Source: a virus
Lineage: Duplodnaviria > Caudoviricetes
Strand: one strand, 5' to 3'
IMG/VR virus record: IMGVR_UViG_3300033521_000005
Coordinates: 1-62,335 of that record
DNA length: 62,335 nucleotides
The translations under genes were made by a program, and so were the position numbers. Of this stretch, positions 18,116 through 30,500 are shown one piece after another. Below the pieces are notes generated by a model. That model was given only the letters and a program-made list of their open reading frames with translations, did no database searches and was not told the DNA's origin. Position 1 is the first letter of the stretch; every line of letters starts with the position of its first letter.

Positions 18116-19644
18116 GCGAACGTACCACCAGCGTCCCGTCAATCTCATCCCCGACGGACAACAACCTCCGGGATGTGGCTCGCCAGATCAAGTCCATCCT
18201 CGATGTGCGCGAGGGGGTGATTGGCGACCCGCTTGATCGCAATGTCACGATCCGGGAATTGGTCTCGGCTGGCATGGCTACCCTCAGTGGCGACACGTTG
18301 ATTGGCGCAACCGCTGCCTCTAACTCCACCACGACGTCCTCCGGCGGCCTTGGCACCACAACCGCAGTCACTGGCACCCCGGAGTATTACAACGGAACAA
18401 TCGACACCACCACGCCACCGGCTGCGGAGAACTTCAAAGCAATAGGGCTGTTCGCATCTGTTCTGTTGGAGTGGGATTTGCCGCGCATCAAGAACTACGC
18501 CTACGCAGAAATCTGGCGCAGTGAGACAGATCAGATCGGCAATGCCATCCTGTTGGGCTCTAGTCGCGGCATGTCCTACTCGGACTACCTTGGCACCTCT
18601 ACGACCAAGTATTACTGGATTCGTTTTGTTACTCAGGCCAACATCACCGGCCCGTTCAACTCGACAAGCGGCACCCCCGGCAGCACGGCAAAAAGCCCCG
18701 GCCTGCTGATTGAGTCCCTGTCTGGGCAGATCACAGAAACCGAGCTCCACAAAGACCTTGGGAGCCGGATTGATCTAGTCGATAAAGCTGGCGGGCTGAC
18801 GACTCAGGTATCGACGCTCAATGGCCGGTACACGGTCAAGATTGATGACAAGGGCTATGTCACCGGGTATGGGCTGGCATCCACCGCAAACAATGGGGTG
18901 CCGACAAGCGAGTTCCTAGTTCGCGCAGATCGCTTTGCCATTGGCACCCCGACTGTTCCGGGTGGCGGGCCAGCCAAGTACCCGTTTGTCGTGCAGACCA
19001 CGCCCACAACAATCCGTGGCGTCACTGTTCCTGCCGGGGTCTACATGGACACTGCGTTCATCAAGACCGCCTCAATCAATGCGGCACAGATTGGCAGCAT
19101 TGACGCAGACACAATCAACGCTGGCTTTGTGTCGTCCGTTGATTTGCAGGGCGCCACAATGTATGGCTCGGAGCTCTACATCGGCGGCACTGCGGTCTAC
19201 GAGTACAACTACCCCGGACAGACCAACAGACGCACCGGCATTGCCTATGTTTCCAACCCCAACATTGCCATCACGCAACACGGGGCCGAGTTCGATGTGG
19301 ACTTTTTCAAGATCAAGAACGGCTCTGTCCTCACGACTCCGTTTGAGGTCTCAGGCGGCGTGGTGCGCATTACCAATGCCTCGATTGGCACCGGCACCAT
19401 CACCTCGGCCAACATTGCCGACACCATCCAGTCCACCACCTATGTTGCTGGCAAGTCCGGCTGGCAAATCAACAAGGCCGGAAGCATGGAGCTGAACAGC
19501 GCCATTTTTCGCGGGGCGCTGGACATTAGGAGCAATACAACAGGTGGCAGTCTCAGAATCACAAACAACGTCATCATGGTGTTTGATTCGAGTGGGAAGT
19601 GCCGGGTCAAGATTGGAGACCTTGCTGCACCGGAGACGCCATGA
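18112..19644 (+). CDS. Tail tip / host-specificity protein (FN3 plus DUF1983-like)
   Basis: EIWRS..YYWIR FN3-like motif; YTVKID..GYVTGYG..SEFLVRADRFAI; GWQINK.G. Confidence 0.75.
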   Translation: MSERTTSVPSISSPTDNNLRDVARQIKSILDVREGVIGDPLDRNVTIRELVSAGMATLSGDTLIGATAASNSTTTSSGGLGTTTAVTGTPEYYNGTIDTTTPPAAENFKAIGLFASVLLEWDLPRIKNYAYAEIWRSETDQIGNAILLGSSRGMSYSDYLGTSTTKYYWIRFVTQANITGPFNSTSGTPGSTAKSPGLLIESLSGQITETELHKDLGSRIDLVDKAGGLTTQVSTLNGRYTVKIDDKGYVTGYGLASTANNGVPTSEFLVRADRFAIGTPTVPGGGPAKYPFVVQTTPTTIRGVTVPAGVYMDTAFIKTASINAAQIGSIDADTINAGFVSSVDLQGATMYGSELYIGGTAVYEYNYPGQTNRRTGIAYVSNPNIAITQHGAEFDVDFFKIKNGSVLTTPFEVSGGVVRITNASIGTGTITSANIADTIQSTTYVAGKSGWQINKAGSMELNSAIFRGALDIRSNTTGGSLRITNNVIMVFDSSGKCRVKIGDLAAPETP

Positions 19645-20045
19645 GTTTTTTTTCCGATCTGCTGAACGGCATACTTGATCTATCTGGAACCATTTTTGGC
19701 ACGCCAAATGGCTCTGGCGGCTCTGTTGGTGGCATTTTCCAGAACTTGGGCAGTTCTAGCACTGGTGAGTTTGGCGTCAACATCATGTCTGGAACTGGGC
19801 GGTTGATTTATTCAACGGCTGTTGTCACATGGAACCAAGTTGATTTTTTTTACTTACCCGGTGGGCAGACATTCAGCAAGTTTTATCAGGTGCTTGTCGG
19901 GAAAGAGGTGCTAGTGACTCAGCTATTTGTCAATCCTCCACCACTTGATCGAGCGGCGGTTGCCTACACAATCTCCTCCAGCAACGGGACTGTGACGCTT
20001 TCCGGTGGCTCTGAGGCTGTTTTTGTTTTGGTGTTGATGCGATGA
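19641..20045 (+). CDS. Tail tip accessory protein
   Basis: ATGA overlap at 19641; position after the tip gene. Confidence 0.5.
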   Translation: MSFFSDLLNGILDLSGTIFGTPNGSGGSVGGIFQNLGSSSTGEFGVNIMSGTGRLIYSTAVVTWNQVDFFYLPGGQTFSKFYQVLVGKEVLVTQLFVNPPPLDRAAVAYTISSSNGTVTLSGGSEAVFVLVLMR

Positions 20046-20959
20046 GCTTTGGATTTGAAGCCACAAACCAAGCGGGCCAAGTGCTGGTCTCAAGTTCCAC
20101 TCGGAATTTGCACTTCATTGGCAAAGCCACGCTGACTACGACCATCAACTCTTTTAACGGGTATGGCGGGCTGCGGCATTGGGCTTTTCGGATCAATACT
20201 ACGCACGCCCCAATGCCGTTCTTTACCGTCCCCACAATGGACTACTACGGCATTGCTGCAATTCGACAGATTTCTGTTGGTCTGTGGGAAATTGAAGTCA
20301 TCCGCAGCGGAGTTAGCGCGACTATTCCCGAGGTCTTTGTTTTTGTCGATCCACGCGGCGCACCAAACTCCGCCGACAACTACGGGATGCAGGTACTCCA
20401 TGACGATGGCACCCCGTCATTTGACAGCCGATTCCATCCATTGTCGGTTTCTGGCGGTGCTCTTGTTGCTCCACCAGCAAATCCAATCATTCATGGCCCC
20501 GGCAGCCTAAGCGCACGGTCTTGCAATAGTGACGCCAGTTCGACCTTGGCCCCGTCCGAATCAACAAACTATATTGTGGACTGGGGCGCAGGAGCGCCGA
20601 TTGTCTTCTTCCCAACATTGGCTCAGGCGCAGCGCGAGTTCACGTACACGGAAACAACATCGTCTTGCCTTGGCATTGACGCTTATGGTGTCTGCTGGGG
20701 GTATGGCGAAGGCACCAAATACCAAAGCACCTATTGGGCTTTCTATCGCGCTGGCGTCCGGCTGATTAGCAACACCTTGTCTTGCGGGTGGATCACAGTC
20801 AAATACGCTTGCAACTGGCGGCAAGAAGAAAAAGGCACCCTTATTGGCATCGGAATATCCGGCGGTACTGATACCGGCGGCGTATGGCCTTATAGCAACC
20901 AAACAATCAATCTTGCGGCGACAGCCGTCATTTCATCGCAAGCGAGTCTTTATGTATAA
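20042..20959 (+). CDS. Tail tip accessory protein (305 aa)
   Basis: MSFGF..N..G and YGMQV...G...FDS motifs. Confidence 0.6.
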   Translation: MSFGFEATNQAGQVLVSSSTRNLHFIGKATLTTTINSFNGYGGLRHWAFRINTTHAPMPFFTVPTMDYYGIAAIRQISVGLWEIEVIRSGVSATIPEVFVFVDPRGAPNSADNYGMQVLHDDGTPSFDSRFHPLSVSGGALVAPPANPIIHGPGSLSARSCNSDASSTLAPSESTNYIVDWGAGAPIVFFPTLAQAQREFTYTETTSSCLGIDAYGVCWGYGEGTKYQSTYWAFYRAGVRLISNTLSCGWITVKYACNWRQEEKGTLIGIGISGGTDTGGVWPYSNQTINLAATAVISSQASLYV

Positions 20960-21149
20960 GCCGTTTGAAATTTTGTCCACAAGGCCCGACCCGCTGGGAA
21001 CGGCTGTTATTTATCGCGCAAGTGTGCGAGAGCTAACTCCTGATACTGACTCCCTCAAGTCTGTTGAAGGCCACCTCTTGGTGCCTCATGGGGCTGACGT
21101 AGATCAGACTGTTTTTGAGTTCCTAAAGAATTGCGGATGGATTCGATGA
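20952..21149 (+). CDS. Hypothetical protein (65 aa)
   Basis: ATG 20952 overlaps the previous stop region; fills the gap in the operon. Confidence 0.5.
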   Translation: MYKPFEILSTRPDPLGTAVIYRASVRELTPDTDSLKSVEGHLLVPHGADVDQTVFEFLKNCGWIR

Positions 21150-21793
21150 CCCCTGTTGAAATAATGTCTGCAAGTGACGGCGACGACCGCACACACTATT
21201 TGCCGGGAACGCCAGAGTTTGGCTCTGTTGTGGCGTCTGTTACCGCAAAGTTTGGGCAGGTGTACCCGGAGGACTGGCACTCGGTATCGTCGCCTCAGTG
21301 GAATAGCATTTACAACGACCACATTGTTTCTGTGATCTTCCTCAACAGGCCAACCTATTTTGGCGATGCCATGCTCCTCGCCGTGGGCCGGAAATACTTC
21401 ATGGACAAGGGGTGGGTCTACGACAAAATCTACCCATTCGTCACTAAAGACAACTGCCCCATCCCATACCCGAGCGGCGGCAGCCCGTTGGCGCTGGGTT
21501 ACATGGTCAACGTCTACGGCCAACCGGGGGATGCCGACCTGACTAGGTACAAGGACGTCTATTTCATGCACCCAGACCATGCCGCTGTGGAGCAGTGGGC
21601 CGGGATGAGTTTGCCAAAGGGGAAGTATGCAACCTTTTACGCGGCAACCTTTGACACCCTTGCCGGGGCCAACAAGCTCTTGCGCATGAAAACCTACGTC
21701 TACGACGACCAGACGCCCTACTCGGACTGGGATGTTTCTTGGCTGCGCATGGCTAAGCATTTGGGCGTGGTTGATACCGCCTTGGGGCTTTGA
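21146..21793 (+). CDS. Hypothetical protein
   Basis: ATGA overlap at 21146; coherent ORF. Confidence 0.6.
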   Translation: MTPVEIMSASDGDDRTHYLPGTPEFGSVVASVTAKFGQVYPEDWHSVSSPQWNSIYNDHIVSVIFLNRPTYFGDAMLLAVGRKYFMDKGWVYDKIYPFVTKDNCPIPYPSGGSPLALGYMVNVYGQPGDADLTRYKDVYFMHPDHAAVEQWAGMSLPKGKYATFYAATFDTLAGANKLLRMKTYVYDDQTPYSDWDVSWLRMAKHLGVVDTALGL

Positions 21794-21828
21794 CCCCTGT
21801 TGGCGCCGCTACCTTCATAGAATTGGGC

Positions 21829-22440
21829 ATGGCTTCTCTGCAACACCACCTCCTACGGCAAGCTATTGCCGCCAATCTGGGGAAAGTTCTCACCCCAGAG
21901 GTGGCCGCTGCCATTGAGGCTGGGTCGTTCGATGACGAGGATCGCAGCCATTCCCCTGACAAGTTCGGTGAACAGATTGCAAGTGGGCTCATCTTCAAGG
22001 TGGAGCGCATCCGCGACATCCAAGACGAGCTCCAGTTGCTCCATGAATTGCAGTTTGCGGAGACAGAACGCCATCGCCTTGGGTTTGGCCTGAAGGTCAA
22101 TTACGACTACATGGCCGAGCGCGAGCGGCGCGGGGAATTGCTCCAGTTCACAGCCCGGACTCCGAGCGGTGCGCTGGTTGGCAACATCCGCATGTACCTC
22201 GAGGAAAGCCTGCACACCGGGACGATCTACGCAACAGAAGACACGTTTTATCTGTTGCCGGAATACCGTCAGGGGTGGACTGCGTTACGGTTCTGGCGGT
22301 TCATGGAGGCAGCGGTGCGCTTCCTTGGAGTTCGTGAGATTCGCACCGACAGCAAGGTCGTGAACAAGGTTCACCGCCTCAACGAGTTTTGCGGCTACAC
22401 CCACGTCGCAAACAAGTACATCAAGATTTTTTCGGAGTAA
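21829..22440 (+). CDS. GNAT-fold protein preceding ejection proteins
   Basis: FYLLPEYRQG motif A-like; C-terminal GY; start uncertain (21790 or 21829). Confidence 0.65.
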   Translation: MASLQHHLLRQAIAANLGKVLTPEVAAAIEAGSFDDEDRSHSPDKFGEQIASGLIFKVERIRDIQDELQLLHELQFAETERHRLGFGLKVNYDYMAERERRGELLQFTARTPSGALVGNIRMYLEESLHTGTIYATEDTFYLLPEYRQGWTALRFWRFMEAAVRFLGVREIRTDSKVVNKVHRLNEFCGYTHVANKYIKIFSE

Positions 22441-22443
22441 GCC

Positions 22444-23250
22444 ATGTGCAAAGACGCGCCTAGTCCCGATCCGCAGATGGGTGCCGCCGCACTCAAAAGC
22501 GCACAGATCAGCGAGGACGCCCTCAACTTTTACAAGACCATCTACGCCAGCGATCTCGCGCCTGCCCAGCGCAAGCAGCAGGAGCTCGCTGAGCGGGTGA
22601 CAGGCAGCTACCTCGAGGATGCGCAAATGGCCCGCGAACAGGCCCGACAGCGCATCGAGGAGGACATTGCCAACAAGCCCCTGCGCGACCGGGTTATTTC
22701 CGATGCGATGAATTACGACTCGCAGGAGGAAATCGACAAGAAGATGGGCATTGCAGCCGCCTCGGTGAATCAACAGTTCTCCAACGCCAACGCCCAAGCC
22801 GCACGCCTGTCGTCGCGCTACGGTCGGATTGGCGGCTCCTTTGGACAGACCAATGAGGCTCTGTTGGCCCAAGCATCTACTGCCGCCGGGTTGATGACCG
22901 GCACTGCGCAGGCCACCAAGGACAAGGCCATTGCTCTACGCGCTGGCGTGGGCGAGACCACACAGGGCCGCGCCAATACGGCAGGCCAGTACCTCGGCTT
23001 GGCCGGTAACAGCATGAGCGGGGCGCTGGGCGCCGGGTCGTCTGCAATGGCCGACATGCGGGCCAACGCTTCGACGATGGGTCAAGGCTATGGCATTTCG
23101 CTCAATGGCCTGCAAACGGCAGGAAACATTTACGGCCAAGAGTTCCAAGGCCGGATGCAGGGCTACCAAGCCCAGATGGGCGCCATCAGCGGACTCGCTG
23201 GCGCGGCAGGAACGTACTACGGCCTTCAGGCCAAACCACCAGTGAAGTGA
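22444..23250 (+). CDS. Internal virion (ejection) protein 1
   Basis: MC..AP.PDP N-terminus; Ala/Gly/Gln-rich; position. Confidence 0.65.
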   Translation: MCKDAPSPDPQMGAAALKSAQISEDALNFYKTIYASDLAPAQRKQQELAERVTGSYLEDAQMAREQARQRIEEDIANKPLRDRVISDAMNYDSQEEIDKKMGIAAASVNQQFSNANAQAARLSSRYGRIGGSFGQTNEALLAQASTAAGLMTGTAQATKDKAIALRAGVGETTQGRANTAGQYLGLAGNSMSGALGAGSSAMADMRANASTMGQGYGISLNGLQTAGNIYGQEFQGRMQGYQAQMGAISGLAGAAGTYYGLQAKPPVK

Positions 23251-23258
23251 GGTAGGAC

Positions 23259-24524
23259 ATGGCATCGTTAGGAATTGGACAAGCGGCGGGCGCATTCGCC
23301 CAGAACTACGCCGCTGCGCTTGGCCTTCGCAGTCGGCTCGACTCCGAGGCTCAGCAGCAAGAGCTAACCAATATCAAGATTCAGCGCGAGCGGGACTTTG
23401 ATACGGCGCAGAAGGAAATGGCGCAGCTTCACAGCAATTTCCTGAATCCTGATTACGACCTCGCCAGCGGCAAGCCATTTGAACAGCCGCAGGGTGGCAT
23501 TGCCGATCCCAGCAAGCCGCGCCCACCGACCAATCCATACACCGACATGGATCGCGTCAACGTCTACTACGACAAGATGACCCCCTTGCTGGAGCGTCAG
23601 GCGTTTGCGTCTGGCAAAGGCAATGAGGTGCTGAACATTCGCAAGACTGTGGAAGACCTTCGCAAGTCCCGCTACATGGAGCGTCTTGGCGAGTCGCTGG
23701 CCCGCATCGAGGCCGGTGACGAAGGCGGCTTCAAGCAACTGGCAGGCGTCTACAAGCTGCACAACGATGGTCGTGATCTGGTGAGCGGCAAGTTCAACGA
23801 AGACGGCACCATCACGCTTTCTTACAACGAAAACGGCGAAGCCAAGGAACAGGTCACCACCTTCGACAAGCTATCGAACATGGCTAAGTCTGCCTTGAAT
23901 TTGGCGGACACGGTCAAGCTGCGCCACGCCAGCCAAGAGGCGGAGAAGGATCGCAAGTTCAAGACCAGCGAGCGCGTTGCCGGTCAAGAGTTCACTTCCG
24001 GCGAGCACACAAAAGACCGCACCTTCCGCGCCGAGGAGGGTAAGAAAGACCGAGAATTCCGCGCCGAGGAAAGCAAGCTCGACCGCCAGAACCGGTCTGC
24101 AATGAACGACGCAGACAACACCACCCGCGTCGGGATTGCCGACAAACAGATTGCAGCCGACAAGCCGAACCGCGATGCGAAATCTCACGACAACCGCGTT
24201 GTCGAGGAAACCCATCGTCAGACCTACTTCGACCGCGAGTTCGATGTGGACAGCAAGTTCGCGCCCAAGAACGAGTCTGAGCTCAAGAATCTGTTTGGCG
24301 AACAGAAGACCGCCTACGAGCGCGACCTCAAACGCTGGGGCGAGGGTCGCAAGCTGTCTCAGGCTGCCAAGACTTTCTCCTCGATCAACCCCGACACTCC
24401 GATGGCAAGCATTTCGCGCATCACGCGCCAGATCGCCAAGGGTGAAATGGATGTCCACCAAGAATCTGACGGCGATAAGCGCCGGTTTGTGACTTACCAA
24501 GGCAAGCGCGTCTACCTCGATTAA
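23259..24524 (+). CDS. Internal virion (ejection) protein 2
   Basis: Helical, with 11-aa DR.F..EE repeats; position. Confidence 0.6.
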   Translation: MASLGIGQAAGAFAQNYAAALGLRSRLDSEAQQQELTNIKIQRERDFDTAQKEMAQLHSNFLNPDYDLASGKPFEQPQGGIADPSKPRPPTNPYTDMDRVNVYYDKMTPLLERQAFASGKGNEVLNIRKTVEDLRKSRYMERLGESLARIEAGDEGGFKQLAGVYKLHNDGRDLVSGKFNEDGTITLSYNENGEAKEQVTTFDKLSNMAKSALNLADTVKLRHASQEAEKDRKFKTSERVAGQEFTSGEHTKDRTFRAEEGKKDREFRAEESKLDRQNRSAMNDADNTTRVGIADKQIAADKPNRDAKSHDNRVVEETHRQTYFDREFDVDSKFAPKNESELKNLFGEQKTAYERDLKRWGEGRKLSQAAKTFSSINPDTPMASISRITRQIAKGEMDVHQESDGDKRRFVTYQGKRVYLD

Positions 24525-24533
24525 GGCTGAAAC

Positions 24534-27500
24534 ATGGCGACCACTCGGCTCCTCCTCGGCAATCCATCAGAGGATGGAAACCCAATTTACAAGACATCCA
24601 CCGACGCCCGCCGAGAGCTCGGTGGCTTCACCACGCTTGGCAAGGTCAGCCTCGACAGTCTGTTCGAGGTGTCGCCATCCAACGACACGCCGTACCCGTC
24701 TCGCCCATCCTCTACCGGTGGCGCTACGAAGCTGGGCAAGCTGAAACTTGACGATCTGTTTGGTGCAGACCCGGAACCCACGCCGGAAGAAAAGCCCAAG
24801 GTTGCCAACGAAGACACTGGCGACGTCATGCGCGGCACCGGCATTGCGCTCGAGCAGACCCCTGCCGCGCTTAAAGGGGCTATTGGCCTTATTGGCGAGT
24901 CCGGCGAGAAGACCTTCGGTAAGGGTGGCATGTTCTCTGCGCTCAAGAGCTACGGCTTTGAGGGCTTCCAGACGGACATGGCAAAGATTGGCGAACGCGC
25001 CAAGGAAACAGACGACGTCACCAAGGCATGGGCCCGCGCCAAGGAAGGCGATATTGGAGCTCTGGTGGATTGGGCTCAGTACGGCCTTGGCTACACCGCT
25101 GGCAACGTGATCGAGGCTGGCGTAATGACGCTGGCCGGTGCCGTCGCTGGCAGCGCAACCGCTGGCCCGGTGGGCGCTGTGGCTGGTGGAGCCAGTGGGC
25201 TTGCCGCCAAAGGCTTGGTGAAGAATCTGATCGAGTCGGCGGTCAAGAAAGAGACCGCAGCCATCTTGGAGAAGTCCGCTGCCAAGGGCATCACCGAGGA
25301 AGCCGCACAGAAGATTGCTGTGCGCAACGTGGCGGCCAACATCGGCGCGACCACGGCTGTTGTGGGCGAGAACATTGCCAAGGAACTGGGCGGCATCTAC
25401 GGCGAGGCCGAGCAAGGTGCTCGCACAGAAGGGCGCGAGCTCGACGCTGGCGACTTGGCGCGTATCTGGGGCTCCGGCGTTGCTGCTGGCGTCGTAGAGG
25501 GCGCGGTTGATCGCCTCGGCATCAAAGCCCTTACGGGCAAGATTCCAATCCCCGGCAATGGAAAATTGGGCCGCGTCATCGTCGGCGGTGCAACCGGCGC
25601 AGGAATCGAGGGCGGAACAGAACTCATCCAGACCGTGTTAGAACGGTATGGCGCAGGACAACAACTGGCCGATGAGGAGGCAATCCATGACTACATCAAT
25701 TCGTTCGCACTGGGCTCTTTGGGCGGCGGTACTTTGGGTAGCATTTCTGGTCTTCGTGGTAAAAAGAACGACGCGCCGGGACTGAAAGACCGGATGCTCA
25801 AACAAGCGGAGGCCGAGCTCGGCTCCGACGATGGCCGCCGCGATCTGTTCGAGTCCATGCTGCAAGACGAGAAGATGCGCGACGTCTTGCAGGTCAACGG
25901 AATCGAGAATTCCGACGACCCCCGCTTCCAGTCTGTTGTCATTCAGGCCATCAACCGTGAGCGCCTGATCGACTCGGTCACTGTCCCGACCGCCGAGGAG
26001 CGCAGCGAAAAAACCAAGCAGCGCGGCGAGGATGTGCAGGCCGCGTTTGGCGACACCGCGTCCACCAGTGTTGGCGTGGGCACTGGCACAGGAGAGCCTG
26101 TGATCCAGCGCGAGTCTGTTGTGCCGAACGAAGAAACAAGTACGCTTGACCCTGTCTCCGGCCAGCCTGTTCCGGCCACGTTGCCTGATGGCAAGACGCT
26201 GGCCCTGTCCGGCGAGGACTTGGTCGCGGCGCAGGCCGGGTTCAATGTGGAGCCCACCTTCAACGTCGGCACCACACAGACCGGCAACCGCTTCACGACA
26301 CAGAGCCAAGCCGAGACCTTCCTGTTCGGCCCAGTCGATCCGAAGTCGGGCAAGCGCAGTGGCGGCTACTCCGAGTCTGTGCCCGATCTGGAGTTTCAGA
26401 TTCGTCGCGGCCAGAAATCCAAGGATGCTGGCGGCGGGTCGTTCTACTTCATCGAGTCGCGCCCGCAACAGCAGCAGCCATCTGGGCAGGCTCCCGCTCC
26501 AGCCCCGGCGCCCGCTCCGGCCCCTGCTCCTGCGCCCGCTCCGGCGCCAACCCCTGCGCCAGCCCCAGCGCCGACACCAGCCCCGGCCCCGGCACCTGCG
26601 GCCAATGCAGCAGCAGCACTCTGGGATGCGTTTGGTGGCGTCAAGTACGACACCCTGCCTGATCCAATCAAGCAGGACTGGGATGAGTCTGTCCAAGAGG
26701 GCTTGAAGCCCGCGATTCTGGCGACCCTGCACCGCAATCTTTCGGCTGCCGCCATGCCCGCCCCTGCCCCCGCACCGGCACCCGCACCGGCAGCCGCCAC
26801 CCCGGCCCCCGCCGCCGATGCTGCGCCTGCCGCTGTAGAACCAACCGCGCCCGCAAAGCCTGTTGAGCCAGCCGCGCCAGTCGAAGTCAAGGTCGAAGCC
26901 CCGGCGCCCGCCCCTGCCCCGACTCGCACCGCAGACCAAGTCCACTCAGAGGCCAAGGTCGCTGGCGAAAAGGCTATGGCTCTGCTCAGCAAGTCCGGCC
27001 AACTGCCCGTCTCCGGCTCGAAGAAGCGAGCCGAGTACGACGCGCTCGTCGAGCAAGAGCGCAAGCTCAAGGATGAGTGGGCCGCCATGACCGGCAAGCC
27101 AGCGCCCGAGACCAAGCCCGCGCCAACTGAACAAGCCACTGAACAAGCTCCGGCCAAACAGACTGTTGAACAGAAGCTCAAGGACAAGCAGAAGCAGAAG
27201 AAAGCCGAGTCCAAGAAGGCTGAGCCCAAGCCTGCGGAAACAAAACCCGCAAACGCCGAAGCCAAGCCAGTTGAGCCAGCCAAGGCCGCCAAGCCCGCCG
27301 AGGCAAAGCCCGCCGAGCCGCCAAAGCCTGCCGAAGCCCAATCCAAGAAGGGCCCCGACGCGGAACTGGGTGAGACTTGGGACGACAACGACCCCGGCGA
27401 CGGCACTCACGTCGCATGGGCAGACTTGCCCGCTGGCTCCAAGGCCCAGTGGCGGACTGCGTCCCGAGACGGCTACTCCAACACGCCGGAGTACGACCGC

Positions 27501-30500
27501 ATCAGCAAGGTGATGCGCCAAAACGCGCGGGCCGACCGTGCGCAGCAGCTTGCGGAACAGAGCCGCAAGAAGGCGGAGGACGACACCAAGTTCCGCACGA
27601 CTAGCAACCCCGGCAGCGGCCTGACGGTTGCCAAGGTGGCAGAGATCGTCACCAAGACGGTCAAGGGCTGGGCCAACCTGCCCAACATCATCGTGGTCGA
27701 AACAGACTACGACATGCCCGCCAACATTCAGGCGGACATCGACAAGGCTGGAGTGCGCGGCACGGTCAAGGGCGCCTTCAGCGGCGGCAAGGTCTACATC
27801 GTCGCATCCAACCACGCCAATCCGACAGACGTCTGGATGACTGTTGCGCACGAAGTTGCTGGGCACTTTGGTTTGCAGGCCATCCTTGGGTCTTCGTACT
27901 CCAAGGTGATGGATCAGATTTACCGTGGCAACAAAAACGTGCGTGATGCCGTTGATGCCATGATGAAGAAGGAGGGCTACCTTAACCGCGCCACGGCTGT
28001 TGAGGAGGTGCTTGCCGACATGGCCGAGAAAGGTGTATCGCCGGAGAACAAGTCTGCGCTGCAAGCTCTGTTCGCCAAGATTCGCCAATGGTTGCGCGAG
28101 ACCTTCAATGTGGCCTTCGTCACGGATAACGACGTTGCATCGCTGGTTGCCAACGCTCGCCGCTTTGCTATGGATGGCGATGTCAAGCGGGGCACGGGCG
28201 AGGCCGCCTTGGGCAGCACGTTCCGCAGCGAAGCACCCACGTTCTACTCCGCGCTCGAGCGGGCCTTCCAGAGCCCCAAGATTCAACTGGACAAGAATGG
28301 CATGACCAGTGCCAGCCAGTGGAAGGCTTGGCTTTTCTCCAAGGACAAGGAGGGCAACATCGTCCCCAAGATCGCTGGCGTAAAGCGTGAGGAGATCGAG
28401 TGGACTGGCATCAACGAGTGGCTTGACCTCAAGGGCAACGAAAAGCTGGCGCCACAACAGATCGCGGCATGGGTGGCACTGAATAAGCCCAAGGTCAACG
28501 ACGTCATGTTGAGCGGCCCCGGCACATTCCTTGAACTGAATGACCTCAAGCAAATGTATGAGGATCAGTACGCCGAGGACGGAATCATTGACCTCTACAC
28601 AGCTACCCGCGAGGAACTGATTTCCGAGCTTGGCCTCGAGGACAACCACGAAGGAACCAAGCACAACAACCAGCGCCTGACGCTGGACGGTGGCCGTTCT
28701 TACGTGGAGCTCGCACTGGTAGACCCGACGGTCAAGCCGTACAAGAAAGACGACACCACTCACTTTGGCGACATCACCCGAGGCAAGACCATCGGCTGGC
28801 TGCGCATGAATGAGCGCAAGGATAAGGACGGCAACACCGTTCTGTTCCTCGAGGAATTGCAGAGCCAGCGCGGCCAAGACCTGCGCCAAGGCAAGGATGT
28901 CCCGCCGACCCCATTCATTAAGAAGACCGAATCTTGGACTGGTCTGTTGTTGAAGCGGGCGATTGCTTACGCCCAGTCTCGCGGTATTGATCGCGTGGTG
29001 TGGACGACCGGCGAGCAACAGAACGAACGCTACAAGTTCCCCGGCGACGAGATCGTCTACGTCAAGGACAAGGCCAAGGGCACCGCAGAGCTCACGGTCA
29101 TGCGCGGTGGCCGCGAGATTCACACGGCCAAGGATGTTCCTTTGGAGAATCTGTCCGACTACGTCGGCCAAGATGCGGCGGCAGCAATTGCCTCCAACCA
29201 AGGCGTCATGCTGGACAACGAGATTGAGGCGTCTGGCTCGCTCAAGGGCGACGACCTGCGCCTGATGGATGCCAACCTCAAGCCTTTCTACGACCGCACC
29301 GTCCCGTCTGTTGCCAAGACAATTGTGGGCAAGGACGCAGTGCAGGTTATGGAGATCGAGGGCACCGGCCAGCAGCTTGGCTTTGTGATCCCGGACAGCT
29401 TGAAGCAACAGATCGCCAGCGACGGTATGCCGCTGTTCCGCCGCGCGGACTACGACAACCAATTCAGCGACCTGCCGGAAGATACCCAGCGCATTGCCCG
29501 CGCCAAGGGAACCCCAACCCCGCCGACCATCCGCGAACGCCTCGAGGCCCTGCGCCCCGAGCTCGGCAAGCGTCTGGTGCAGGGTGCCTTTGACAGCTTC
29601 CGCAGCGTCCGCGACATCAGCGACAAGGCGTACATGATGCTGCGCCTGTCCCGCTCTGTTGACGGAGCCGTTGAGGGTCTAGTCCACTTCGGCCAAGTCT
29701 TCAACGACGACGGCGCACTCAACATCGTCAAGGGCTCCAAGGGACTCATTGACGTGATGAAACCGCTGGCCGGGGAAACAGATCGCTTCATGTTGTGGAT
29801 GGCGGCCAACCGCGCGGCCCAACTGAAGAAGCAAGACCGCGAGCTCTACTTCACCGACGAGGAAATCGCCAAGCTCCAGAAGTTGAACCTCGGGAAGATG
29901 CCCGACGGCAAGGCCCGTGCCGACGCCTACGCCGAAGTGCAGCGCGGCATGAACGCCTTGAACCAGTCTGTTCTGAAGGTGGCTCACCAAGCTGGCCTGA
30001 TCGACGACGCCGGGTTCAAGAAGTTCGCCAGCGACGTCTGGTACGTCCCGTTCTACCGCTACATGGAACAGGACGGCACTCTGTCCAGCGCCATGACATC
30101 GACCGGGTCTGTGAACCAATACTTCAGCCGGGTTCTGGAAGGCAGCGAGCGTCCGCTCGATGACCTGATGAAGAACACCCTGATGAACTGGTCGCACATT
30201 CTGTCGGCCTCGATGAAGAACAACGCCTCCAAGGAAACCCTGTCGGCTGCGGACAAGCTGGGCGGCATCGTCTCCAAGATCACGGCAATCAGCGACGTGA
30301 TGGGTGAGGATTCCAACGGCAACGTCGTCCCGCTCAAGGGCACAGTCAAGGTCATGGAGGGTGGCAAGCCAGTCCATTACGAGATTGACGACCCGTTCCT
30401 GTTGCAGAGTCTGTCCGCCGTTTCTGGCATCGACCACAACGATTTCTTCCTGCGGGTAGCGCGGCCCTTCAAGACCACTCTGACGCGACTGGTTGCTCTG

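Noticed and set aside
26946-29462. 838-aa minus-strand ORF and other long antisense ORFs (e.g. 29679-30899, 57431-58669)
   Set aside because: Shadow frames of GC-rich sense genes; no RBS or domain motifs.
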